Assembly (NCBI GenBank): GCA_963664395.2
Contig: OY761159.2
Coordinates: 768,001 to 832,000 of the forward strand
Direction: 5' to 3'
DNA length: 64,000 nucleotides
DNA from: Candidatus Binatia bacterium
GTDB lineage: Bacteria > Desulfobacterota > Binatia > Bin18
Shown here: piece by piece, positions 8,626 through 19,119 of the stretch
How the letters are laid out: the number at the start of each line of letters is the position of its first letter
Numbering within the stretch: position 1 is the first letter of the stretch
Translations under genes and position numbers: made by a program
Notes under the pieces: generated by a model
Told to the model about the DNA's origin: nothing
Seen by the model: only the letters and a program-made list of their open reading frames with translations
The model's database searches: none

Positions 8626-11600
8626 CTACTCCACGTCCGTGATGACAAAATTCTGTTTATTCTGTTGCCACTCCAGTGTGACCGTCTCGCCCAGCATGGG
8701 GAAGTCCTCGACCACACATTCCCCCTCAGCGTCCAGCACAAACTCCTGTCCCAGCGTCGTCACCCGTACCGTGGCCCGGCCTAACTCTTCGCCATCCACG
8801 AACGCCACCACCTCATGTTCCCCCTCGCCCAACAGGTTCCAGTTGAACAACAGCCCAAAGCCGTTGGCCGTGTCCCCACACGCACCTTGGGTATCCAGCC
8901 GCTCGGTGCCATACGCCGCCACCTGTCGCCCGGCGGTCCCAATCGCAAGCTCGACCGTGTCGGCGTCACACACCCAGCCCGACAGCACCCCGATGCCGCT
9001 CTGAAACGAGTTCGGCCCCGGGTTTTCCAGATAGCCCTCGCCGGGGGTGCCCATCCGGTTGGTGGGGCCGGCAGGAGCCGGACCGTCCACAATCACAAAG
9101 CTCTGTTGTGTCTGTTGCCACACCAGCGTGACCGTCTCGTCCATGGTCGGGAAATCCGCGGCGGTACACGTGCCCGTCACGTCGCGCAGAAACTCCGTCC
9201 CCAACGTCGTGACCATCACGGTCGCCCGGTCGAGTTCGACTCCATCGACCAGGGCCACCACCTCATGCTCCCCGTCGCTCAACAGATTCCAGTTGAACAG
9301 CAACCCAAAGCCGTTGTCCGTGTCGCCGCATACGCTGGCTGTGTCCAGCCGCTCCGTCCCATACGCCGCCTCCTGCGGCATCCCGTTCAACTCAATCTCC
9401 ACCACCTCCGCCTCACACACCCAGCCCGAGAGAATGCCCACACCACTTTGAAACGAATCAGCGCCGGGGTTCTCCAGATAGCCCTGCACGAAGGTGATCT
9501 CGATGGCATACGTCCCCGTCGCTCCCCCCTGCCCTTGCACGGCTACGACGACTGGGCCGGCCTGCACGCGGGCACCGAGGCGCTCGTTCTGCTGTCCCCC
9601 CGTGGAGCCGGACGCCAAGGCCACGTCGTTCTGCCAGATGCTCCCGCGGGTTTGCACGCCGCCGGTGGTGTCCACAAAGACGAGACCTTGGCCGGGGGCG
9701 GTGACGGTAAAATAATCCACGTCGGCGGCCGGACAGATGGCCCCAGCAGTCACCGCAGACAACGCACTGTCAGTGGCTTGTGCAGCGGTGTCGGCGTGCA
9801 CGTCATCCTGCATACAGGCGGGAGCACCCCCGCCACCACCACCGCCGCCGCCACCGCCACGACCAGGCGGAGGCGGCGGGGGTGGCGGCTGGTCCGAGAC
9901 CGTCCCGGTCGTGTCTCTCACGACCGGCTCCGTCTTGGCCGTCTCCTGCTTGTCGGTATAGAGTGCCGTGGCCCGCAGATAGTGGCCGAGATCGGTATCC
10001 ACTGGCGTGTAGGTCGCCGTCGTGGTCAGGCTGGTAGAGAGGCAGGTCTCAGTGGTATCCGGCGAGGAGGGAAAGTCTCGGAAGGGAGACCGCGCCCAGC
10101 ACCACCGGGTAACTTCCTTCACCCCGTCCACCTGGTCGCTCACCGTCGCGGTCAGCGATGACCCGACTCGGGGCCGCGACGAGGACAGCCTCACCTCGCC
10201 CAGGGCATCCCGCACCGTGACGGTGACAGTTCGTTCACCTGTGAGGGTCTCGCCGGGAATACTCGTTGTGTCGGCGGCTTGCACCGTCACCTGATAGTCC
10301 TTGTCCGCCCTCGCCTCGTAGTCCGGTGAGTTCCGGAAGTGTAGCGCCACCCTGGTCCGGTCGATCCGGTCAATCCGGAACAGGGTGGCATCCGGCCCGG
10401 CCAGCAACCACTCCAGCTGGACATCGGCCGGATTCGTCGCCGTGTACTCGGCCACCGGCCTCGTGTCGCCCTCCGTGTAATCTTTTTGAGTATCACCACT
10501 CACCTCGGGTGGGTCGTCATCGGTGATGGTCAGCTGCACCTGCGCGGGGCTCCGGCTACCCGAAAGGTTGATCACCCGTCCACTCACCGTCACCGGCTGG
10601 TGCGCCCCGTCCACCGCGTTCCCCACTGCGGTCAGCGTCACCGTCCCGCTCGGTTCCTCTGCCGGGATCGTCAGCTCCCGCTGGCTGAGCCTGACCGCTG
10701 CCGCCCCCACCGGCACTGTCAGCCCGACCACCGTCTCGCTGCTCGACGGATGACTCAGCGTCACTGTCACGGTGGCCTCCCCGCCATCCTCAAGGATCGG
10801 GATCGAAGCATTCAACACATCCAGTCGCGTTACCGTCGGCGGACCGTCGGTGTCCGTGATGGTCAGCGTCGCCGGGGTCACCGTCAGACCCGTCACCTCG
10901 CCGCGCACCGTCACCGTCTCGGCCGGCTCATATATGTTGTCGCCCTTCGTCGTCAGGGTGAAGTCCGCCGTCCCGCTCTTCGCCCCCGCCGGGATCGTCA
11001 GCTCGGTGATGTTCGCCACCGTAAAGTCCGTATCCAGCGTGGCCGTATCCGCCGTGACCGTCACGGTCACCACAACGTCATTCTGATCACTATTCGGGTC
11101 CGGCGAGGGTTGAAACGGCGCCCCATTGAGCGTGCCGGTCACCCCCACGACCGTCCCACTACTGCTCTCTCGCACCGTCTTCGGACTCACACTCAGGGTC
11201 ACGGCCGTGGACGGACTCTCGTCATCGGTCACGGTCACGGCTACCGTCGCCGTCTCCCCATCGTAATCCCCCCCGCGTGCCGTGTGGGTCAGGGTCACGC
11301 GGTCATCCGCGTCGTCCGCGTCGTCCGCCGTGCTGACCGTCACCTTCTGCGTCGTGTTCCAGTTGGTCGGTGTGAACGTCAGGGTGGCCGAGGACGGGGT
11401 CAGGGTCACGTCCGTGCCCGCGTGCCCGGTGACCGTCAGCGTCACATTCGCCGTCGGCTCTGAGTTTAATTTTACCTCGTATTCGTCCGTGTCCTCCTCC
11501 CGGATTGACAGCGTGGCCTCACTCACCCTCACCCCGCGTTCATCGTCGTCCGTGATCGTCAGTGTGACCGGGTCTGGGGCTATCATTAGGGTATTGGTCG

Positions 11601-14600
11601 TCGTCCCCGTCACCGTCACTTCTTTGGTCTCCGGTCCGTCCACCTTGTTGTCCTTGGCCGTCAGCGTTACCTCGTTGCTCTCTGTGCCTCCCGGCGGGAT
11701 CGTCAGCGTGGTTCCGCTCAGCGTGTAGTGCGCCGGCATCTCTGTGAGCCGTACCTCTACTGTCCCGACACCGGCCCCACCCTGCAGTGCGGCCGTCACC
11801 TGAAGCGTCTCGCCCTCACTGATCGAATGATCCGTATCCGACAGCCGCAGCGTCACCTTTGGCGCCGCCCGCACCACGGCGGTCGTGGTCGCCGACGCCT
11901 CCTTCTCCATATCGTGGCCGTCGGTGTAGGAGGCGGTCGCCCGTAAATACTGCCCCACGTCGTCTGTCTCCGGCGTGTAGCGCGCCGTCGCTGCGCCGCT
12001 GGACGCCGCCTCAGTGATCTCGGTCCCGAGATCGGTGCGGGTGGCGGACCGGAACCACTGCCAGGAAATCTCGCTCAGGTGCCCATCGGGATCGCTCAGC
12101 GTAGCCGTCAGTGCCTGTTTTTCCTGCGGTGTGCTCGACGGCAGCAGCTCGACCATGCCCGCTTCGTCCACGTTGACGACATCGATCATTACGCGGAGGG
12201 TGGCGTCCGCCGTGGAGTCTTCTACGCCAGCGGCATTCTTGCCGTCACTGACCGACACCTCCACCTGATAGGAATGAGGCTGGCTCTCGTAGTCCAGGGC
12301 CTTCCGGAGTATCAATTCCCCGGTTCCAGGCTCAAGGAAGAACACCTCAGACCCGCGCAGGCTGTAGGTCAGGCCGGAGTAGTCCGGCGTCAGGGTGTCC
12401 GGGTCCGTGGCGGAAAAGTCGCCGAGGACCCGACCCGTCGGGGTGTCCTCGTCCACGTTGAGGCTGACCGGCCCGGTCACAGAGAACATCGGCGGCTCGT
12501 TCACGTCGGTGACGGTGATGGTCACGTCGATGGTGGCGTCGGCGTCCTCATCCATGTCATCCGCGTTGTTCACGTTCTTGCCGTCCCGGACCGACACGGT
12601 GACGTTGTAGGTGCTCCGGTCTTCGTAGTTCAGCGCGGTATTCGTCCGTAACTGGCCGGTGCTTTCGGTGATGGTAAAGACGGCCGCACTCGCGGCGTCC
12701 AGGCTGTAGTACAAGGTGCGGTCGTCGGGGTCGGGGGCCGTCACCGGGTTGCCGATGTTCCCCGTCTTGTTCTCCGCGATGGTACGCGTGGTCCTGGCGT
12801 CGTCGAACGCCGGCGGCTGGTTGGGCGCGGTCACCGTCACCAGCTCGCTACGCGTCGCTTCGCCACCGTCAACCACCGCTGCCACTTGATAGGTGTATCT
12901 GATGCTGCGGGTCACGGCGCGGTCGGTGTACTCACGGTCGGGGGGGTCTTCCGCAATGGCCTCCACGGTTGAGCCGGTGTTGCGGTAGACGGTGTAGGTC
13001 ACGTCCGGCGGGGGCGTCCAATGGGGCGTCACTGCCGGCCAACTCAGCTCGACGAGGCCCGTATCGGTCGCCACCGTCAGGGTCGGCCCGACTCTGAGCT
13101 GAGAGCCGAACTCCTGCCAGGTCGCCGCCCCTTGGCCGTCGAAGTCCGCCTTCAGCACCGGATACTGGCTGCTCATGCCGAAGTCCCAGGGATCATTGCC
13201 CATTGGATCGCCGTCCGGGTCCACGTTCCAGTCCGCATAAATGCTGCCGGTGGTATAGTCGGTGGGGGTTTGTAACTCCCTGGTAATCTTCGCGGTCCCC
13301 CCGGCGCTACTCGTCTGGCCCGAGGTGCGCGTGTCCCAGTAGCTGGCGGTGAACGTCGTGCTAGCCAGGTTTTCCCCGACCAAGCCTCCAAAAGCACTCC
13401 CTCTGCTTGATACTCGCCTTGATACTCGCCCCGTGGCGTAACTGGCGCGAATCGTGCCGCCAGCGAGGGACCCAAGCAGCCCCCCGGCATGGTTGTTGCC
13501 CGACACGTGTCCAGTAGCGTAGCTGGCCGTGATGTCGCCGTTCTCACCCATACGGCCGACCAGCCCGCCAATCCCGCTCGTTCCCGACACTCGCCCAGTG
13601 GCATAGCTGGTGTATATGCCACCGTTGTTCAAGCCGACTAGCCCTCCGGCATGGAAGCCACCTATGACCCGTCCCGTGGTGTAACTGGCGTGAATCTTGC
13701 CTCCGATGCCGTTGCCACCGATCAAACCCCCGACCCAGGCGGCTCCTTCTACCCGCCCGGTCGCATAGCTCCCTGTGATATCGCTATCGCTCAACCCGAC
13801 CAGCCCGCCGACATAGCGAGCCCCCGTCACTCTGATATCAAGCAGCCCGACGCGGCTGATGGCACTGGACACGCCCGCAAGGCCGAACAGGCCCACCTTG
13901 TTGGTGCTGCTCCGATCAACGAACAGATTGCTGATGGTGTAGCCGTTGCCCTCGAAGGTCGTTTCGAACCAGTTTGATCCAGCCCCGATGGGCATCCAGC
14001 CGGCCCCGGCGTTCCAGTAGGTCGTGTTATCTTCCGCATCGACCCGCCCGTCTCCGTTGGTATCGTCGTTCGTATCGACCTGACCGTCCCCGTTGGTCCC
14101 GTTGGTATCGAAGAAGTCCAGGTCCGCCATCAGCTCATACCCCTCGCACTCCCCGTTGCTACGAGCGCCGCACACCACCCGCGTCACATTGCGAAACACG
14201 GCGGCATACGCCGGCGCCCCGTCGGTTGTCGGACGGCCATCGCCGTTCAGGTCGTGCCGCATCGCATCGAGCTGCGCCAGGGTCGAAATCTCAATCAGCC
14301 CGTCATCGTCCGTGTCGTAGATCGGCATTGGGGTATTGTTCGTCAGGGTCCGGCTGGAGAGGTCGGCGGCTGCGTTACCAGCCACGTCCTGAAGCGGCGG
14401 GGTCCCTGATAGTGGTGAGTAGGCCAGGGTAACGACCAGATCGTGGGTGATATTGGAGACCAGTGTCAGTGTCACCACCGACCCGGACACCTGGACGAAG
14501 GTAATCAACGCCGTCGCGCCACCTGCCGTCACCGTGAACGCGTTCGCCCGCGGAATCGAGGTCTCGTCCAGTGCCTTGTCATACGTCAGCGTCACGGTGT

Positions 14601-16311
14601 CGGCGTCCACGACCGCGCCCGACATGGCCAGCAACTCCGGCGTGTCGCCATCCACGGTGTGGCCGCTGTTGGCTGCCACGGCAGCATGGGTAAAGTCCGT
14701 GGCGGGTCGGTTATCGGCGTCCTGGATCGTCCCGCCGTTCGGATTCAGGCTGTTCGCGGCGATGCTGACCCCGTCGGTGTCACTCTCGTCAGCCACCACG
14801 GTGTAGGTGCACGTCAGTACCTCGCTCGCGACGGTTTGACAAAGCGCCTGCCGCGTGTTCGCACCGACCATCAGCTCGATGCTGGGCGTGCCAGTCACCA
14901 TTATGGGCTTGGTGAAAACCACCGCTACCTTGATCTCCTCGCCTGCCGCATAGGCCACCCCTGGGTCCGAGATGATCGCCACCGTGCTGACGCTCGGTAC
15001 GCTCGCACGGTGTAAGTCTGCGTCGTTGGCGGTCAGGGTCACCGTGGCCGTGGCCTGACTGCCCACCGTCACCCCTGCGGGCAGCGGTGCGCCAAAACCC
15101 AGGATCACCGTCTCTTCGCCCTCTTGGCGGGTGTCCTGCACGGCCCTGAAGGTGAAGGTTTTTGAGGTCTGACCCGCCCCAAATGTTATGCTCGCCGGGA
15201 GGGTATAGTCGCCGGGCCAGGCGCCGTCCGTACTCGTCGCGGTGAGTGGAATGGGCATGTCGAGAGTGCGACCCGGTGCGGCATCCAGCCGCACCGTGAC
15301 CGTCACCGACCCGCCTTCGTTCACCATGTATGGCCCTACATCGAAGGCCACCTGCACGGCCCGGCCCTGCCGAAAGTTCGCCACGGTCGTGCGGGTTTCG
15401 TTGAGGGTCCGCGCCGCGTCGGCTGGCCCGTCCACATCGGTTGTGTTCTGGGTGCCGGACTTGCCCATGGGATCGCCGGTAGTGGGATCGGGATAGCGTT
15501 GGTTCGGATTCGAGAAACGGAGCAGGGCCGTGCCGCAGGGCGACAAGCCAGCATCGTTGCACTGATTAAAGTACGCCATAACCGTGCGCCAGCGTGCGGT
15601 CGCCGGCGCATCCGGATCGGCCGTTGTGGACCCCTCCGGGTCAAACATCTTCTGGTTTACATAGCCATACGCGTAGGGCTTCACCGTAGTGGGACATTGA
15701 GGACTGTCGGTATCGTGCTTGCAGTTTGCATACCGGTCGTGGGCAAGCCCCATGATGTGGCCCATTTCATGGGCAAAAAGGCCGGCGTGGACGGTAGAAA
15801 CGCCGAAGGCGCCGACGGCGAAGTCCGCCGACAGCACCGTCATCCTGAACGCTTGCCCACCGCCCTCCGAACGGAGGAGCATGACGATGTCCGCCCCGAC
15901 TCGGTCACGGAAGGTGTGGACGTCGTCCATATAGCCGTCCGACGGTTTCCTGAGACGATCAAGGTCTATATTCTTCCCGGTCCTATTTGCCGTGGCCGTC
16001 GCCTGGATGTATCCCTCCACCTCCTCCACGGCCACCAGTTTAATGGTCTGATTCACATCGCTGTTCGTGTAGGCCAGGTTGGTCTCCGTGACCAGGGCTT
16101 CGATCGCGGCCTCGGCCTGCTGTTTGCTGGTCCAGCCGTTGGCGGTTTTGGCCTGGGGCGTGTAGAAGACGGCCACGTCAATCACCGAGGGGTCGGTCGC
16201 CGACTGCGCGTGTACGCTCCCCCCAAACAAAAAGGGCAAAAGCGCCAGTACGGAGAGCAGCAAGCGCCGGATGGGTGGAGAGAGACTCCAGGACTCTGGC
16301 GGAGACATCAC
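8626..16311 (-). CDS. giant secreted M12/reprolysin-like zinc metalloprotease-adhesin (Calx-beta, GLUG-like, FN3, cadherin-like repeats; duplicated C-terminal domain)
   Basis: Signal peptide (RRLLLSVLALLPFLFGGSVHA), zinc motif HEMGHIMGLAH, Met-turn TVMAY, VGGLVG repeats, LNYE/LDYE cadherin motifs, P/G-rich linker, two GYLENPG..SFQSG..SGWVC repeats. Start is GTG 16311 or ATG 16308. Confidence 0.85.
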   Translation of the reverse strand: MMSPPESWSLSPPIRRLLLSVLALLPFLFGGSVHAQSATDPSVIDVAVFYTPQAKTANGWTSKQQAEAAIEALVTETNLAYTNSDVNQTIKLVAVEEVEGYIQATATANRTGKNIDLDRLRKPSDGYMDDVHTFRDRVGADIVMLLRSEGGGQAFRMTVLSADFAVGAFGVSTVHAGLFAHEMGHIMGLAHDRYANCKHDTDSPQCPTTVKPYAYGYVNQKMFDPEGSTTADPDAPATARWRTVMAYFNQCNDAGLSPCGTALLRFSNPNQRYPDPTTGDPMGKSGTQNTTDVDGPADAARTLNETRTTVANFRQGRAVQVAFDVGPYMVNEGGSVTVTVRLDAAPGRTLDMPIPLTATSTDGAWPGDYTLPASITFGAGQTSKTFTFRAVQDTRQEGEETVILGFGAPLPAGVTVGSQATATVTLTANDADLHRASVPSVSTVAIISDPGVAYAAGEEIKVAVVFTKPIMVTGTPSIELMVGANTRQALCQTVASEVLTCTYTVVADESDTDGVSIAANSLNPNGGTIQDADNRPATDFTHAAVAANSGHTVDGDTPELLAMSGAVVDADTVTLTYDKALDETSIPRANAFTVTAGGATALITFVQVSGSVVTLTLVSNITHDLVVTLAYSPLSGTPPLQDVAGNAAADLSSRTLTNNTPMPIYDTDDDGLIEISTLAQLDAMRHDLNGDGRPTTDGAPAYAAVFRNVTRVVCGARSNGECEGYELMADLDFFDTNGTNGDGQVDTNDDTNGDGRVDAEDNTTYWNAGAGWMPIGAGSNWFETTFEGNGYTISNLFVDRSSTNKVGLFGLAGVSSAISRVGLLDIRVTGARYVGGLVGLSDSDITGSYATGRVEGAAWVGGLIGGNGIGGKIHASYTTGRVIGGFHAGGLVGLNNGGIYTSYATGRVSGTSGIGGLVGRMGENGDITASYATGHVSGNNHAGGLLGSLAGGTIRASYATGRVSRRVSSRGSAFGGLVGENLASTTFTASYWDTRTSGQTSSAGGTAKITRELQTPTDYTTGSIYADWNVDPDGDPMGNDPWDFGMSSQYPVLKADFDGQGAATWQEFGSQLRVGPTLTVATDTGLVELSWPAVTPHWTPPPDVTYTVYRNTGSTVEAIAEDPPDREYTDRAVTRSIRYTYQVAAVVDGGEATRSELVTVTAPNQPPAFDDARTTRTIAENKTGNIGNPVTAPDPDDRTLYYSLDAASAAVFTITESTGQLRTNTALNYEDRSTYNVTVSVRDGKNVNNADDMDEDADATIDVTITVTDVNEPPMFSVTGPVSLNVDEDTPTGRVLGDFSATDPDTLTPDYSGLTYSLRGSEVFFLEPGTGELILRKALDYESQPHSYQVEVSVSDGKNAAGVEDSTADATLRVMIDVVNVDEAGMVELLPSSTPQEKQALTATLSDPDGHLSEISWQWFRSATRTDLGTEITEAASSGAATARYTPETDDVGQYLRATASYTDGHDMEKEASATTTAVVRAAPKVTLRLSDTDHSISEGETLQVTAALQGGAGVGTVEVRLTEMPAHYTLSGTTLTIPPGGTESNEVTLTAKDNKVDGPETKEVTVTGTTTNTLMIAPDPVTLTITDDDERGVRVSEATLSIREEDTDEYEVKLNSEPTANVTLTVTGHAGTDVTLTPSSATLTFTPTNWNTTQKVTVSTADDADDADDRVTLTHTARGGDYDGETATVAVTVTDDESPSTAVTLSVSPKTVRESSSGTVVGVTGTLNGAPFQPSPDPNSDQNDVVVTVTVTADTATLDTDFTVANITELTIPAGAKSGTADFTLTTKGDNIYEPAETVTVRGEVTGLTVTPATLTITDTDGPPTVTRLDVLNASIPILEDGGEATVTVTLSHPSSSETVVGLTVPVGAAAVRLSQRELTIPAEEPSGTVTLTAVGNAVDGAHQPVTVSGRVINLSGSRSPAQVQLTITDDDPPEVSGDTQKDYTEGDTRPVAEYTATNPADVQLEWLLAGPDATLFRIDRIDRTRVALHFRNSPDYEARADKDYQVTVQAADTTSIPGETLTGERTVTVTVRDALGEVRLSSSRPRVGSSLTATVSDQVDGVKEVTRWCWARSPFRDFPSSPDTTETCLSTSLTTTATYTPVDTDLGHYLRATALYTDKQETAKTEPVVRDTTGTVSDQPPPPPPPPGRGGGGGGGGGGGAPACMQDDVHADTAAQATDSALSAVTAGAICPAADVDYFTVTAPGQGLVFVDTTGGVQTRGSIWQNDVALASGSTGGQQNERLGARVQAGPVVVAVQGQGGATGTYAIEITFVQGYLENPGADSFQSGVGILSGWVCEAEVVEIELNGMPQEAAYGTERLDTASVCGDTDNGFGLLFNWNLLSDGEHEVVALVDGVELDRATVMVTTLGTEFLRDVTGTCTAADFPTMDETVTLVWQQTQQSFVIVDGPAPAGPTNRMGTPGEGYLENPGPNSFQSGIGVLSGWVCDADTVELAIGTAGRQVAAYGTERLDTQGACGDTANGFGLLFNWNLLGEGEHEVVAFVDGEELGRATVRVTTLGQEFVLDAEGECVVEDFPMLGETVTLEWQQNKQNFVITDVE
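8629..9485 (-). repeat. tandem duplication of a ~140-aa C-terminal domain inside the giant protein
   Basis: Two copies of GYLENPG.SFQSG.G.LSGWVC...AAYGTERLDT...CGDT.NGFGLLFNWNLL..GEHEVVA.VDG.EL.RATV.VTTLG.EF...C...DFP...ETVTL.WQQ..Q.FVI. Confidence 0.85.
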
Positions 16312-16916
16312 TGCTGGTGGTCCATCTCGGTATGGGGCTCCTCAACCCCACAGTTAAGCGGCGGCTCTTCCACCTCGCTGATGGCATACAGGCCGTCACC
16401 CACGGAGCGAATGTGATACACCTCTCCCAACGTCCGCACCGTGCCGGCCACGGCCTCCCCGTTGACCACCAGCGTCATCGTGCCGAGCGGCTCTTCGACC
16501 AGATGGCCCGCCACGGAATAGCCGCCTGAAAACGTCGGCGCGGTCTGTTCGACAATGCCCGTGACCACGACGTCGTCGAACAGATTAAAGGTCAGGGTCG
16601 TGCCCGGCGGGGGGGCCGTACTGGACTTGTCCCGGCGGGCGGACACATCTCTGGTGTGAACGCGCTGGCCGGGGGACTCCACCGCCGCCCGCGCCTGCTG
16701 GACTTGCCCCAGGTCCATGGCCACCACCCGGCTACGCAGCGTCAGCTCGGCGGCGGGGAGGGATGCCGGGGGCGGTTCAGCGACCGGCGTAAAGAGGTCG
16801 GCGGCCTGCGCGCTGCCCGACAGGCCGACCACGATCAGTAGCCAGAGCGTGACGGTGGGGCGCCACCGGGGGGCGGCGGCCCAGTGGGCTCCCAGAATGT
16901 CATCAATCCTATACAT
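16308..16916 (-). CDS. secreted protein resembling the propeptide of M12/reprolysin-like metalloproteases
   Basis: Signal peptide (LWLLIVVGLSGSAQA), then LRSRVVAMD, LTFNLFDD, GTVRT...YHIR and a terminal PLNCG. Its TGA overlaps the start of the protease gene. Confidence 0.7.
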   Translation of the reverse strand: MYRIDDILGAHWAAAPRWRPTVTLWLLIVVGLSGSAQAADLFTPVAEPPPASLPAAELTLRSRVVAMDLGQVQQARAAVESPGQRVHTRDVSARRDKSSTAPPPGTTLTFNLFDDVVVTGIVEQTAPTFSGGYSVAGHLVEEPLGTMTLVVNGEAVAGTVRTLGEVYHIRSVGDGLYAISEVEEPPLNCGVEEPHTEMDHQQ

Positions 16917-17191
16917 TGCTTCCCTCGCCGCCTGGGACCATACACCATTGCGTCGCGTCATATACCTCCAAAATGGGAGGAAATTTACATATAGGCGGCA
17001 GGTTCCACGGGAGGGGAGTCCCGTGGCGCGGCGGGCACGTGCGCGGGGAGACGCTCCGCGTGTCACCGCGCTACCAGGCAGGCCCCGCTCATCCGACGCA
17101 ACGTATTGATTCTTCCTGCCTCAGCGTTTACGATTCGGACACATTTTTTCCGCTGTAGCCCTGCATAACCATTTCGCAAAGGAGTGAACTC

Positions 17192-19117
17192 ATGGCGACC
17201 GCCAGCCGCATTGATGCCATCCCCCTGCCACCGCTGGAGGTCTCTTTCGACCCCATCACTTTCAGTGTGATCCGCAACCGTTTTGAAGCCATCGGTCAGG
17301 AGATGACCCTGGCGATGGAGCAGACGGCCTGGACCTCGGTCATCGCCCTGGCGCGCGACTACTCGTGCATGATCTACGACGCCCATTCGAGCGGTCCGCG
17401 GCAGGTCACCATGGCCGATTGCCTGCCCATCCACTGCAACAGCATTCGGACCCTGCTGATGGAAATCGTCGCCGTATTCAAAGACGAAATCCACGACGGC
17501 GACGTGTATATGTCGAACGATCCCTATCGGGGCAACACCCACATCCCGGACCTGGTAACGGCCCAGCCGGTCTTCGTTGACGGCGAGCAGGTGTTCTGGA
17601 CGGTGGCGCGCGGCCATCAGCTCGATACCGGTGCCATCGAAGCGTCGAGCATCGTGCCTGCGGCAAAGACCATCTTCCAGGAAGGCATCGTCATTCCGCC
17701 GACCAAGCTGATCGACCGCGGCGTCGAACGCCACGATATCGTCGAGCTGTATCTCTCCAATGTACGCTACCGGGACGCGCTGCACGGAGACCTGCGCGCC
17801 CAACTCGGCGCCTGCGGCGTGGCCCGCAAGGGCCTGATCGAACTGTGCCAGCAGTACGGTCGCGATGAGGTGATGCGCTATAGCGACGGTCTCATGGACT
17901 ACGCCGACCAGCGCGCGACAGAGGAGTTTCTGAAAATTCCCGACGGCGTCTACCACGGCGAGACCTGGACGGACACCGACGGCAACGGCGCCACGGACAT
18001 TCCGATTCGAGCCACGATCACCAAGAAGGGCGCGGATATCCACGTGCACTACAGCGGCGGGCCGCCGTCCACCGGCTCGTTCAACGGGACCTATGCGGTC
18101 ATGATGGCGACCTCGACCATCCCCTTCCTGTACTACATTGATTCGGACATTCCGCATAACCACGGCGTGCTACAACACATCAGCGCCGACGCCGACGACA
18201 ACACCATCTGCCTGGCCAAGTGGCCGGCTGCGGTTGCAGGCGCAACCCAGAATCCGGCCGACCCCATGCACGACGTCATCAATATCGCCATGGCCGAAGC
18301 CATTCCCGATCGTGTTCCTGCCGGCGGGGCGCATACCGCCCACATCCCGAACTTCAACGGGGTCGATTCGAGAACCGGCAAGGAGTGGGGCTGCATGCTG
18401 TTCAACAGCGGCGGCGGCCAGGGCGCGGCAAAGGACGCCGATGGCTGGCCGGTCCTGTGTACCATTGCCGGCATGGGCGGGCTCACCTCGGCCTCGGTCG
18501 AGCAGTTGGAGCTGCTGTATCCGCTCCGCGTCGATCAGAATGAAATCGAGACCGACGCCCTGGGCATGGGGAAATGGATCGGCGGCCCCGGACTGCGCAC
18601 CTGCTATCGCCCGATCGCCGGAGATATGGAATGCGTCGGCTTTGGCGAGGGCTTGAAGAACCCGCCGCACGGGGTGAACGGCGGCACCATGAGCCCAGGC
18701 GGCGGCATTTATATCGAGCACGCGGACGGCCGGCGGACCTTTACCTCTTCCGCGGGACAGCTTCTGATTCGCGAAGGCGAGACCTGGAATGGCGTGTCCG
18801 CGGGCGGCGGCGGCTGGGGCAATCCGCTCGACCGCGACCCGGAACAAGTGCGCCGCGACCTGCGGGACGAGTGGATCAGCGCTGACGCCGCCCGCAATGT
18901 GTTCGGCATAGTCGTCAAGGACGATCTTGAGCGCAGCCTCGACGTTGCCGCAACCGAGCAACTCCGAGCCGAACTGCGCAAGACCGAGCGCCCGATGATC
19001 GAACCGACCATCCCCGCCGCGGGGACCTGGACCAAGGAGAACATGCGCCCCGGCGACCGCTATCTCGAAGCCCCGACTATCGCCCGGAACTTCAGCGACA
19101 TGCCGAAGGAGGCGTAA
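17192..19117 (+). CDS. hydantoinase B/oxoprolinase family subunit
   Basis: DPITFSVI, NDPYRGNTHIPD, HQLDTG, FQEG, GGGGWGNPLDRD. Confidence 0.9.
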   Translation: MATASRIDAIPLPPLEVSFDPITFSVIRNRFEAIGQEMTLAMEQTAWTSVIALARDYSCMIYDAHSSGPRQVTMADCLPIHCNSIRTLLMEIVAVFKDEIHDGDVYMSNDPYRGNTHIPDLVTAQPVFVDGEQVFWTVARGHQLDTGAIEASSIVPAAKTIFQEGIVIPPTKLIDRGVERHDIVELYLSNVRYRDALHGDLRAQLGACGVARKGLIELCQQYGRDEVMRYSDGLMDYADQRATEEFLKIPDGVYHGETWTDTDGNGATDIPIRATITKKGADIHVHYSGGPPSTGSFNGTYAVMMATSTIPFLYYIDSDIPHNHGVLQHISADADDNTICLAKWPAAVAGATQNPADPMHDVINIAMAEAIPDRVPAGGAHTAHIPNFNGVDSRTGKEWGCMLFNSGGGQGAAKDADGWPVLCTIAGMGGLTSASVEQLELLYPLRVDQNEIETDALGMGKWIGGPGLRTCYRPIAGDMECVGFGEGLKNPPHGVNGGTMSPGGGIYIEHADGRRTFTSSAGQLLIREGETWNGVSAGGGGWGNPLDRDPEQVRRDLRDEWISADAARNVFGIVVKDDLERSLDVAATEQLRAELRKTERPMIEPTIPAAGTWTKENMRPGDRYLEAPTIARNFSDMPKEA

Positions 19118-19119
19118 AC

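Noticed and set aside
9826-9890. GC-rich triplet repeats
   Set aside because: They encode the poly-Pro/poly-Gly linker of the giant protein and are not an independent element.
16290-16330. Sequencing frameshift splitting one protease gene
   Set aside because: The downstream ORF has its own complete signal peptide, and the junction is a typical stop/start overlap.
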